Below are positions 31,010 through 39,926 of a stretch of DNA of 64,000 nucleotides, piece after piece. Numbering within the stretch: position 1 is the stretch's first letter; every line of letters begins with the position of its first letter. The position numbers and the translations under genes were made by a program. The DNA comes from Thalassotalea insulae. GTDB taxonomy: Bacteria > Pseudomonadota > Gammaproteobacteria > Enterobacterales > Alteromonadaceae. The stretch covers positions 564,109 to 628,108 of the forward strand of contig NZ_BSST01000001.1 in the NCBI RefSeq assembly GCF_030161395.1, given 5' to 3'. A model generated the notes under the pieces. The model did not search any database. It worked only from the letters and a program-made list of their open reading frames with translations, and was not told the origin of the DNA.

Positions 31010-32992
31010 CTACTTTACTTCAGATGCTGACTTACCATCCAAATTCAACAGACTAGCAAGTACACCTTTTTGCGATTCATCAGCATTATTTAATGTCGAA
31101 AGTAACTTTGCCATGTTGAAATTTTTAAGTGTTTCACTCGATTGTGCCGCGCCCGAAAGAACGCCACCAAGGTCATCCATAATATTACGGTCACCGTTTA
31201 AATGTTCTTTAAATAAGTTTTTAACCGTATCACTTTCATTCACTAATCCATCAATAGATTTTCCGACCGTAATTGATTTCATAAATTGACGTAAAAATTC
31301 TCCGTCGCCTCCCATGATATTGATATTAGCTTCACTTAATGCTGTGGCGAGTACATCTGCTTGTTTTTCTGCAAGATCAACACTGTTATCCAACTTAGCA
31401 AGCGTTAATTCCCGCTCCTGATTTAAGCGTAAACCAAAGGTTTCAAACTCTCTAGCTTGCTCTGACATGGCATTTAGTACTTCTTGTTTTTCACGCAAAC
31501 CTTTCGCTTCCGCTAACGCTTTTTCTTCAATGCCTTTAGCTTCAGCCGTCAACTTAAGCTCAAGTGATTTAGCTTCAGCTTCACCTTGTCTTTCATTTGC
31601 ATCAGCTTGCGCTAAAGTAACTTGCGCCTCAGCTAATCCTTTTGATGCAACTTCAGCTTGTTCACCCTCTGCTAATATTTTCTTAGATTCTGCCTGTTTG
31701 CTCGCAGCTTTCAATTCAGCTTCGGCTATTGTTTGCATCTTCCTTGCAGTATGCTCTGCCGCTTGCTCTTGTGCCTTAGCAGACTCAATGTCTTTTACTA
31801 ACGCTTCTTCAGCTTCTGCCTGCGCTTGTATTACTTGCTCGTTTTTCTTACGGTTAGCTTCCGAAACAACGCGTAAATCTTTAATTCGCTCTTCTTCCTC
31901 TGCAACATTTTTCTCAACAGAAATTCGCTCTCTTTGAACTTCAGCAATATTTTTACGTTCAATTTCCAACGCTTTTTCTTTATCGATACGCAGTGTTTCT
32001 ACTTCTTTTTGACGATCAATCTCTTCAATTTGCCGTGCTCGTGTCACTTTTTCTTCTTCAATCGCAACAGCTCTTAATCGATTCTGCTCTGCAATATCAG
32101 CCTCTCGCTGCTTATTCTCTTCCGCTACAGCGACCGTTTGCTCGGTTGCGATGCGAGCCTGTTCAGCTTTGGCACGTTCTTCTTCTACAATTCTTGCTGT
32201 TTCTGCTTCTTCACGTGCTTTTACTGTAGCAATTTCCCTTGCCTGTTTAGCTTCCGCATCCGCCAATTGTCGTTCTAATTCCAGACGTTTTTCTTCGGCA
32301 TCTATATTCTGGCGCTTAATTCGAATTTCTTCCTGACGCTTCAAGTCATTGGTTTCAACACTTTGTAAAGCTGTCAGCTCGGTAATGCGCCTGATACCTT
32401 CGGCGTCCATAATATTATTAGGATCTAAATCATTAATTGATGTTTGTTCAAGAAAATCAATCGCAACATCTTCCAATACGTAACCCGAAAGATCCTGACC
32501 GATGACTTCTTTGATCTTATCTCTAAACATATCGCGCTGAGTAAATAACTCGGTAAAATTTAATTGTTTACCTACAGTTTTAAGCGCTTCTGAAAACTTA
32601 GCTTCAAACAACTCTTGCAAAGTTTCAGGATAAGAAGAACGGTCACAACCAACCTGTTTTGCAACTCGAAGAATATCTTCTTTGGTTTCGTTTACCCGGA
32701 TATAAAAGGTAATGATAATATCGGCCCGAATATTATCTTGACAAATCAAACCTGAACGTCCCTTGCGCTCAAGCATCATGCGTTTGGTCGAAATATCCAT
32801 AATCTCTTTTTTATGGATCACAGGAATAACCATACCACCTGTGGTACTGATTTCAGGTTCTGCTCGCAATTTATTAATAATCAGCGCTTGGCCTTGTTCG
32901 ACTTTGTTATAAAATTTAGCCACCATGATTAAAAGAGAAAAGACGAAAAGTACGCCAATTCCAATAGCTAAATAAAGTGGTTCCATTACCAT
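31010..32992 (-). CDS. flotillin-family SPFH/band-7 protein (YqiK-like) with long Glu/Ala/Lys coiled-coil
   Basis: 660 aa; N-terminal TM helix, SPFH domain (…MVIPVIHKKEIMDISTKRMMLER…), extended EA-repeat coiled-coil. Confidence 0.85.
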   Translation of the reverse strand: MVMEPLYLAIGIGVLFVFSLLIMVAKFYNKVEQGQALIINKLRAEPEISTTGGMVIPVIHKKEIMDISTKRMMLERKGRSGLICQDNIRADIIITFYIRVNETKEDILRVAKQVGCDRSSYPETLQELFEAKFSEALKTVGKQLNFTELFTQRDMFRDKIKEVIGQDLSGYVLEDVAIDFLEQTSINDLDPNNIMDAEGIRRITELTALQSVETNDLKRQEEIRIKRQNIDAEEKRLELERQLADAEAKQAREIATVKAREEAETARIVEEERAKAEQARIATEQTVAVAEENKQREADIAEQNRLRAVAIEEEKVTRARQIEEIDRQKEVETLRIDKEKALEIERKNIAEVQRERISVEKNVAEEEERIKDLRVVSEANRKKNEQVIQAQAEAEEALVKDIESAKAQEQAAEHTARKMQTIAEAELKAASKQAESKKILAEGEQAEVASKGLAEAQVTLAQADANERQGEAEAKSLELKLTAEAKGIEEKALAEAKGLREKQEVLNAMSEQAREFETFGLRLNQERELTLAKLDNSVDLAEKQADVLATALSEANINIMGGDGEFLRQFMKSITVGKSIDGLVNESDTVKNLFKEHLNGDRNIMDDLGGVLSGAAQSSETLKNFNMAKLLSTLNNADESQKGVLASLLNLDGKSASEVK

Positions 32993-33064
32993 GTGTTTTT
33001 CCTCTTATTTAAAGCATAGCCACCTATAGTGACCAAATGAATTTTGAAAATTAAATTTGATGAG

Positions 33065-33697
33065 TTACTGTACATAAGGTGCAACAATATAAGCATGATT
33101 TTCCTCTAAATATTCAACAACCAATACTTTATCTCCCAGCTTAAGGACATGTTGAGGATCGCATCTAACATCAACTAAGATCTCCGCCCCCTCATTGAAC
33201 AAGCGCGCCTGACCAAAAATCTCATTAACTGAACCAGTCGCGATAATTGCTTCTTTACCGACTAAATGACGACTAGTTACTGTTTCTACACTGTTAAACA
33301 TACCTTTTAACGGACGAATGGCAATAGCTGTAATTGGCAGTGATAATACAAAAATAAGAAAATCACTCACTGTTCCAATAAAATAATATAACCAACCATC
33401 AGGTAGCCATGTAAGTAAGTAAAATTGAAGATAAAAACTTATTAACCAACAAATAAGAATAATAATGCTGATCACTAAAGTAAAAGGTACGCCAGTTAAG
33501 CCAAACGTTAGCAAAAGCCCAGTTAGCCCCCCAACCGATACATCAACATCACTGTCGATATCCAATTCAATGTCGCCAGAAAAATCTAAATCGATAAAGC
33601 CTAATAAACCAACAATCCAATAGACAATGACAATACCAAGAAGAACGGAATAAATGACGGTAGGAAATTGAGAAGCGACTACAAGCAGTTGTTCCAT
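33065..33697 (-). CDS. NfeD-family membrane protein (YqiJ-like) with C-terminal OB-fold
   Basis: 210 aa; multiple TM helices then soluble beta-rich C-terminus; immediately upstream of flotillin gene (72-bp gap), the canonical NfeD-SPFH pairing. Confidence 0.7.
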   Translation of the reverse strand: MEQLLVVASQFPTVIYSVLLGIVIVYWIVGLLGFIDLDFSGDIELDIDSDVDVSVGGLTGLLLTFGLTGVPFTLVISIIILICWLISFYLQFYLLTWLPDGWLYYFIGTVSDFLIFVLSLPITAIAIRPLKGMFNSVETVTSRHLVGKEAIIATGSVNEIFGQARLFNEGAEILVDVRCDPQHVLKLGDKVLVVEYLEENHAYIVAPYVQ

Positions 33698-33956
33698 AGT
33701 TAATCCTTTAAATAAATCAGCAATTCAGGCTAATCTGATCCCAATGTAAACTCACTATAACCTTAAGACATATTATGTCAATTTATAATTTACATGTTTT
33801 TAACATGCAAATTACCATAGTTAATGTTATAAATCATCTAATAAATTATTGACAAACAACCTGAATTTAAACTTATTTTAGTGACATATCTCTATAAACA
33901 TGAATAAGATAGAACAGTTTATTACAAAAAATGGAAATGGATAAGGAAATAGGAAT

Positions 33957-34505
33957 ATGAAATGTACCAGTTGTAAACAAGGCGAATTAATTCCCTGCTT
34001 TATTGACGGACAATTTAGAGCACATACTTGTACTAGCTGTGAAGGTCATTGGATTTTAATAGAAGACTATGTCGCATGGAAAGATCGTAACCCGCAATTT
34101 TCCTTCGATGAAAGTATTCAATGTGATATTGACGAAACAAACCAAGCAATCCTTTGCCCCGTATCTGGTACGATTATGCGCAAACTCCGCCTTTCTACCA
34201 GAACAGAGCATCGTATTGATTATAGTGCCAGTGTAGGTGGAGTATGGTTAGATAAAGGAGAGTGGGAATTACTCAAAAAAGAAGGTTTAGCAGGTTCGCT
34301 CAATGCAGTACTAACAGCCCATTGGCAAAGAAATATTCGAATCAATAGCACTAAAGATAACTTTGCAGAGATATACAAAGACAAATTTGGACAAGATACT
34401 TATAAAAAAGTAAAAGAGCTAAGGGAATGGCTATATCAGCACCCCAATAAAGCTGATTTAAGAGCCTATATTTTAGCTGATGACCCATATTCAGCAGAAA
34501 AATAA
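33957..34505 (+). CDS. zinc-ribbon (TFIIB-type zf) domain protein
   Basis: 182 aa; two C-x2-C…C-x2-C pairs (CTSCKQ…CTSCEG; CPVSG…); divergent from the nfeD operon. Confidence 0.5.
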   Translation: MKCTSCKQGELIPCFIDGQFRAHTCTSCEGHWILIEDYVAWKDRNPQFSFDESIQCDIDETNQAILCPVSGTIMRKLRLSTRTEHRIDYSASVGGVWLDKGEWELLKKEGLAGSLNAVLTAHWQRNIRINSTKDNFAEIYKDKFGQDTYKKVKELREWLYQHPNKADLRAYILADDPYSAEK

Positions 34506-34528
34506 CAATAAATATAAGAGGAACTATT

Positions 34529-34948
34529 ATGAGAGGCGCGGGTGGTACTTCAGGTGGATTAGGACATTTTTTCATTGGTCTAGTGATGATGTGTGGCGGT
34601 TTTTACATGTTGTTAAATGCCATCACAGTTACCTCTAGTTTTGGTATGGGCATGCGCTTATATGGTTTTTCTGCATTAGGAGGAAATTATAATATAACCA
34701 GTGGCATGATTATGCTCCCTTTTATATTGGGTGTCGGGCTAATTTTTTATAATAGTCGAAACATACTCGGCTGGATTCTAGCTATAGGTTCAGTTACTGG
34801 TTTGATTTTTGGTGTTATTTCCTCAATTCGTTTTACTTTTAAAACAATGACATCATTTGACCTTATGGTAATTCTAATTTTAGCTATTGGAGGATTAGGA
34901 TTGTTTTTAAGGTCATTAAAATCACTAGATGAAAGAATACCTGATTAG
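34529..34948 (+). CDS. small integral membrane protein (4 predicted TM helices)
   Basis: 139 aa hydrophobic ORF 24 bp after the zinc-ribbon gene with a GAGGAAC RBS. Confidence 0.45.
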   Translation: MRGAGGTSGGLGHFFIGLVMMCGGFYMLLNAITVTSSFGMGMRLYGFSALGGNYNITSGMIMLPFILGVGLIFYNSRNILGWILAIGSVTGLIFGVISSIRFTFKTMTSFDLMVILILAIGGLGLFLRSLKSLDERIPD

Positions 34949-35123
34949 GATAAGCTCCAATAGCACAAGGGTGGTAACAGAATAATTCGAATTTCATCGA
35001 TAACCTTCCCGTACCACCTTGATTCAATTGCTTAAATTTCACAATCACTCGAAGAGAGCTAATTTGAAATGTTCCTAGCGCAAAATCTATCCTTGCCAAT
35101 ATCACTTATTAGCTTCAACGTTA

Positions 35124-37325
35124 TTAGGTACTTTGCATAAAATAATTGGTAAGTGGAAGTTCTCTGATCCGTTCTCCTGTCGCATCAAAGATGGCATTGC
35201 ATACAGCTGCAAAGATAGGCATATTACCAAGTTCACCTACGCCTGCTGATGGCCTGTCAGACTCCATTATTTCAACAACGATGGCTGGACATTCTTGGTA
35301 AGTTAACACGGGATAGTCATGAAAGTTAGTATTGGTCACTCTTCCTTCTTTAAAATGAATCGATGACTTTAATGCAGACAATGCCCAGACAACACCACCT
35401 TCAATTTGTGCTTTGATCATATTTGGATTGATTGCTACACCACAATCAACCGTGACAGAGACTTTCTCTATTGAAATGTTATTTTTTTCGGACACGTTTA
35501 AATCAACAACTGCTGCCGCATACGAGTAAAAAAAACTAAAACACCATGCAATACCACGCCCTTGTCCAGGGTCTTTGTCTGAACTCCATTGCCCTATGTC
35601 GGCGACTCTTGTTAATACTCTTCTCGCGAGCGCTTTATCTAGTTGCTCGACATCATTACCAATTTTGGGATAAAGCTGAGAATCAGACAATAACGATAAA
35701 CGCAGCTTTAGCGGATCTTTTTTAAGCGCAAAAGCAAGCTCATCAATCCAACTTTCAAATACAAATGCGTATGAATTACTATAAGTACCACGCCAATAGC
35801 CGGTGGGGATCGACAACTCAGGAGTATAATGCTGCTCGTAACGTATATTGGGTATTTCATATGGGTAACGCTGTGGGTCTTTAACTAGTAGTTCATCCTT
35901 ACCGTCTTTAAGCTTGTCAGGCACTCGTTGAGTTTCATTACTTTGCTGAACCGCACGCAATTCAAGCGATGTTATATCGTGTCCTTGTATCGCAGAGCGA
36001 ACCTTAAAGTGTCCGGCAGGCATAAAGTGGCCGAACCTCATATCATCAGCACGATCAAAAAGTACCTGAACGGGACGTTTTAATTGTTTTGACAACAATA
36101 CCGCCTCTATTGCATAGTCACGATAAAGTCGTCTGCCAAAGCTTCCACCAATAAGTGGTGTATGAATTCTAATTTGTTGGTTAGGCAAACCTATAAGTTC
36201 AGCTAATTCATTTTGTAATATCGTCTGTAAATGACAACCAGACCAAACTTCACAATGCCCGTCAACTACATCTGCGGTAGCATTCATCGGTTCCATTGGC
36301 GCATGTGTCCAAAATGGAACTTTATAGTGGGCTTGTAGCTGTTTATCAGCTTTATTTAAAGGCAAGGCTACATCACCACTCGCTTTAGCCAAAACGCCAT
36401 TTTTCTCCGCTTTTTCTGCCAAATAGCGTTCAATATCTTTATCGTCAAAGATGTCGGTAGCAGGTTCGCTCCATTTCACATTGAGCTTTGCGCGAGCTTG
36501 TTGCGCTGCCCAATGACTATTAGCTATTACCGCAACACCACAAGGTCGATACTGAGCACTCCCCTGCCAGCCACTTCCTTGAAGAGCTATGACCGCTACC
36601 ACACCTGCCATAGCTTTTACCTGCTGCTCGTCATAAGAGATAAGTTCACCGTGAGCAAATGGACAACGCTCGATCGAAGCATATACCATGTCTTTTAATT
36701 CAACATCGATACTGTATGTTGCGCGTCCTGAGACGATATCTTCAATATGCTCGAGCTGGCGTGACTGTCCAATCCATTTAAAGTCTTTCACGTCCATCAC
36801 TTGAACTTCTTTTTCTGGTAGCTCAAGCGTCTTAGCCAAGGCGACTAAGTCGCCAAAAGAGGTTCTTTGCTGGCTAGCGGAATGAATCACAGTACCATCT
36901 TCTACACGACAATCTTTAGCCGAAACAGACCATACCTTTGCCGCCGCATTAATAAGCAATTGCCTAACCGTTGCAATTCGCTGACGATGCCACCGGTAAA
37001 CTGAATAAGTACCTGAGCTGCCGCCTGTACCAACCCAATGACCTTCCTGCGGGTTTTTGCGCTTGATGATAAGCTTATCGGCATTAATACCAAGTTCGTC
37101 AGCAACAATCAGTCTTAATCCGGTGGCACTGCCTTGCCCCATATCTGCGCGAGGTGTGTAATAGATCACTTGTCCATCGGCATTAATGGATAAAAATGGA
37201 AATGGTGATAATACCGAATCGTTTCCTGATGATGCGAAAGAAAGCGCACTAAAGTTCAGCGTAGTAACCGTGGTTGTCGCCAATGAAATTTTGATAAACT
37301 GACGTCTGCTCATGGTGTTTTGCAT
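35124..37325 (-). CDS. molybdopterin-dependent hydroxylase large subunit (isoquinoline 1-oxidoreductase beta / aldehyde oxidoreductase-like), TAT-exported
   Basis: 733 aa; twin-arginine signal MSRRQFIKISLA; xanthine dehydrogenase-family Mo-binding domains. Confidence 0.8.
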   Translation of the reverse strand: MQNTMSRRQFIKISLATTTVTTLNFSALSFASSGNDSVLSPFPFLSINADGQVIYYTPRADMGQGSATGLRLIVADELGINADKLIIKRKNPQEGHWVGTGGSSGTYSVYRWHRQRIATVRQLLINAAAKVWSVSAKDCRVEDGTVIHSASQQRTSFGDLVALAKTLELPEKEVQVMDVKDFKWIGQSRQLEHIEDIVSGRATYSIDVELKDMVYASIERCPFAHGELISYDEQQVKAMAGVVAVIALQGSGWQGSAQYRPCGVAVIANSHWAAQQARAKLNVKWSEPATDIFDDKDIERYLAEKAEKNGVLAKASGDVALPLNKADKQLQAHYKVPFWTHAPMEPMNATADVVDGHCEVWSGCHLQTILQNELAELIGLPNQQIRIHTPLIGGSFGRRLYRDYAIEAVLLSKQLKRPVQVLFDRADDMRFGHFMPAGHFKVRSAIQGHDITSLELRAVQQSNETQRVPDKLKDGKDELLVKDPQRYPYEIPNIRYEQHYTPELSIPTGYWRGTYSNSYAFVFESWIDELAFALKKDPLKLRLSLLSDSQLYPKIGNDVEQLDKALARRVLTRVADIGQWSSDKDPGQGRGIAWCFSFFYSYAAAVVDLNVSEKNNISIEKVSVTVDCGVAINPNMIKAQIEGGVVWALSALKSSIHFKEGRVTNTNFHDYPVLTYQECPAIVVEIMESDRPSAGVGELGNMPIFAAVCNAIFDATGERIRELPLTNYFMQST

Positions 37326-37336
37326 GGTTACCTCCC

Positions 37337-37822
37337 TTAACTTTTAGCTGTATCTAGTTGTTTAACAACTATCTGCATTGCCTTTTTTATTCTCGGGTAT
37401 GTGCCACAACGACATATAACTCGTGACATCGATTTAGCAATTTGCTCATCATTGGGTGTTGGATTGCCTTCAAACAAGGCAGCCGCTTGCATAATCTGCC
37501 CAGATTGACAGTAACCACATTGCGGCACATTAGCTTCTATCCAAGCATTTTGTACTGGATGATTGGCGCTTTCTGACAGACCTTCGATCGTAGTAATGTC
37601 ACTGCCCTGACATTGAGAAATGGGGTAGACACAAGATCTGACTGCTTGGCCATTGACATGTACCGTACAAACACCACAACTAGAGACACCGCAGCCATAA
37701 CGTGTCCCTTTTAGTTTCAACTGTTCACGTATAACCCACAAAAGTGGTTGTGCAGGCTCACTGTTAATTTCAACTACCCGACCATTAACGTTAAACCGGA
37801 ACGTTTTTTCAGAATGACTCAT
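37337..37822 (-). CDS. (2Fe-2S)-binding small subunit of molybdenum hydroxylase (IorA-like)
   Basis: 161 aa with two 2Fe-2S cysteine clusters (CGVSSCGVCTV…; …CGYCQSG…CRCGTY). Confidence 0.8.
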   Translation of the reverse strand: MSHSEKTFRFNVNGRVVEINSEPAQPLLWVIREQLKLKGTRYGCGVSSCGVCTVHVNGQAVRSCVYPISQCQGSDITTIEGLSESANHPVQNAWIEANVPQCGYCQSGQIMQAAALFEGNPTPNDEQIAKSMSRVICRCGTYPRIKKAMQIVVKQLDTAKS

Positions 37823-38243
37823 AACGTCAGTACTCCTAGCGCGTTATATAATGCATTTATTAAGTAGTGCCAAATGCACCTTTAACTTTTAGATATCACT
37901 CGATAATAAGGTGAACACCATTAGAATCGACTATTAAATGACGACTGCACGAAGAAATGTGACAAATAGCAAGGTTCTGCTGAGTGAATTACAACAAGAA
38001 CATAGGGCTAACCTTGAAGAAAGTTCTATAGATAAAAATGGCGAGATACTAAGTATCACACGAAAAGTGTACTATCGAACTTGGTAGCCGATAAGTCATA
38101 TAACAAAAAAGTACTAGGACGTATTGAACTTAAGTATATTTCTTGTTTAGCAGCTTCTGCGGTTTGAGCACAAGAAAGAACAAGTGTAGCTTGATTGTGC
38201 CAAATACGTTTGGTGATAACGCAATAATGAAACCAGACAAGCG

Positions 38244-39131
38244 CTAGTGTAAAAGCGCTTGTTTAAGCGTTTTGGTATTAAATCGTTCCCTGAGTTTTTT
38301 GGCGTACTGTCGACTTACCGAAATACAAACCTTATTACGCATCAATAAGCAAGGTTCATTATTTTCATTGCTCGTCACCTCTAGTATATCTGCGATATTG
38401 ACTAAGTAGGAGCGATGAACACGATAAAACTCATCCTCATCTAATAGTTCTGTCAGTTTTTTCATAGTTGAACGATGAAGTAATTCCTCGCCAGTTCGTA
38501 AATGTAACTCCATAAAATTACCGGCAGCTTTAATAAATGACACATCTTGATATTCAACTTTGCGTGAACCGCTTGCAGTAATCACACGAAAACAATTGGC
38601 AACGCTGGCGTTACTCGTTGAAGGGGATTCAGTTGCTTCTTGTGAGAAAGTATAGTTAATAAATAATGCTAATCCGGTCATCGCCGAAATGCTAAGCGGC
38701 ACTTCATTGATTATTGAGAGATACCACAATTGAGCGAAATCATCAGGATGCAGTGGACTAAGATACTTAACCATTGATGTTAACAAGCTGGCTGCTACTG
38801 CCAAGTAAAGACTGATAACCAACAATCGTTGCAACAACATAGTAACGTTCAGCTTTTGATGTGAGTACAATAACCAACATTTGATGATCAAGGGCGAGAC
38901 AAAAAGCCAAAGCGGCCACCTTAAGCTAGCCCAAAGTAGCGAGTCAGCAAAATCAACAGAGTGCTTTTCTGTAAACAGCGCATATAAATAACAATTTGCC
39001 GCAGCAAATACCGTTATGGTGCACCAAAAACAAAGTAATGTCCGCCAACCGTACCAATTGATACGAATACGCTCTTTCTCAAGCGTAAAATTTCTCAACC
39101 AAGCCAAGTTGATACCTATCAAAATATTCAA
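38244..39131 (-). CDS. membrane-anchored LytTR-family DNA-binding protein
   Basis: 295 aa; about 5 N-terminal TM helices, C-terminal LytTR domain (…FIKAAGNFMELHLRTGEELLHRSTMKKL…FYRVHRSYLVNIADI…). Confidence 0.65.
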   Translation of the reverse strand: MNILIGINLAWLRNFTLEKERIRINWYGWRTLLCFWCTITVFAAANCYLYALFTEKHSVDFADSLLWASLRWPLWLFVSPLIIKCWLLYSHQKLNVTMLLQRLLVISLYLAVAASLLTSMVKYLSPLHPDDFAQLWYLSIINEVPLSISAMTGLALFINYTFSQEATESPSTSNASVANCFRVITASGSRKVEYQDVSFIKAAGNFMELHLRTGEELLHRSTMKKLTELLDEDEFYRVHRSYLVNIADILEVTSNENNEPCLLMRNKVCISVSRQYAKKLRERFNTKTLKQALLH

Positions 39132-39467
39132 TAACCAAGCAAAAGTTTAACTTTCTGTAAATAACAAGTCGACATCAATACGATAATTACTTTTAACCAT
39201 GAGATAAATAGCGGTTACCTTTCTTGTCTATCTCGAGCTTAAATCAGCTAATACAGTTAAACCCGAGGTAAATTCTCCTAGTCGATAGTAGCTGCGTTCT
39301 ACTGTCCAAACAGCCCTATTTGGGTACATTATATTTATCTGAGAGTAAACGACACGGGCCGTTTTTATGATGCTTTCAATACAGAACGTGACATCAGAAC
39401 CATACAAAGAAACCTAATTAATTTATAAGCAATGTCGTATATTTTAAAATTACATTGGAAGAGAAGA

Positions 39468-39555
39468 TGGCGGTGACGGAGAGATTCGAACTCTCGAAAG
39501 GTTGCCCTTTACACACTTTCCAGGCGTGCTCCTTCAGCCACTCGGACACGTCACC
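39468..39555 (-). tRNA. tRNA-Ser (anticodon GGA)
   Basis: Reverse complement GGTGACGTGTCCGAGTGGCTGAAGGAGCACGCCTGGAAAGTGTGTAAAGGGCAACCTTTCGAGAGTTCGAATCTCTCCGTCACCGCCA; long variable arm, anticodon loop CTGGAAA; near-identical to E. coli serW/serX over acceptor, D and anticodon arms. Confidence 0.85.
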
Positions 39556-39660
39556 TTATTTGAAATTTTATTGCTTGGCATTAACACATCCATGATGATC
39601 GGCACCCAAGCCTTTCATCCATGAATGTCTGACCTTACCTGAAAAAGCAGTGCTTTTTCC

Positions 39661-39691
39661 TGGCGGTAACGCTCCACGCGGATACGTCACC
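39661..39691 (-). pseudogene. degenerate tRNA-Ser remnant (acceptor/D-arm 5' part fused to 3' acceptor-CCA end)
   Basis: Reverse complement GGTGACGTATCCGCGTGGAGCGTTACCGCCA resembles tRNA-Ser 5' 20 nt joined to 3' GT(C/T)ACCGCCA. Confidence 0.35.
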
Positions 39692-39779
39692 TCATTTAGA
39701 TTGTGTTGAAGATTTTATTTTCTAGTGTTCTTCTCACTAATAGTGAACTGGCTGAGCGCGCCTTAGCGTGGTATTTCCA

Positions 39780-39806
39780 CTTGGCAGCAACTCGAACACA
39801 TCACCT
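39780..39806 (-). pseudogene. degenerate tRNA-Ser 5'-half remnant
   Basis: Reverse complement GGTGATGTGTTCGAGTTGCTG resembles GGTGACGTGTCCGAGTGGCTG of the intact tRNA-Ser. Confidence 0.3.
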
Positions 39807-39926
39807 TAAAACTTGCTTTTAAAAAGCTGCGCTATGGTAGAAAAAAAGCCCTGCTTGCGCAAGGCTTTATTTATATATTAGCCAATAAAACTCACCGCTT
39901 GCTTAAAAGTTATGCAAGTCTAGCGA

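Noticed and set aside
31467-32336. Plus-strand ORFs antisense to the flotillin coiled-coil region
   Set aside because: They are antisense reading of the EA-repeat coiled-coil. The Ser/Ala/Cys-rich low-complexity products are not credible genes.
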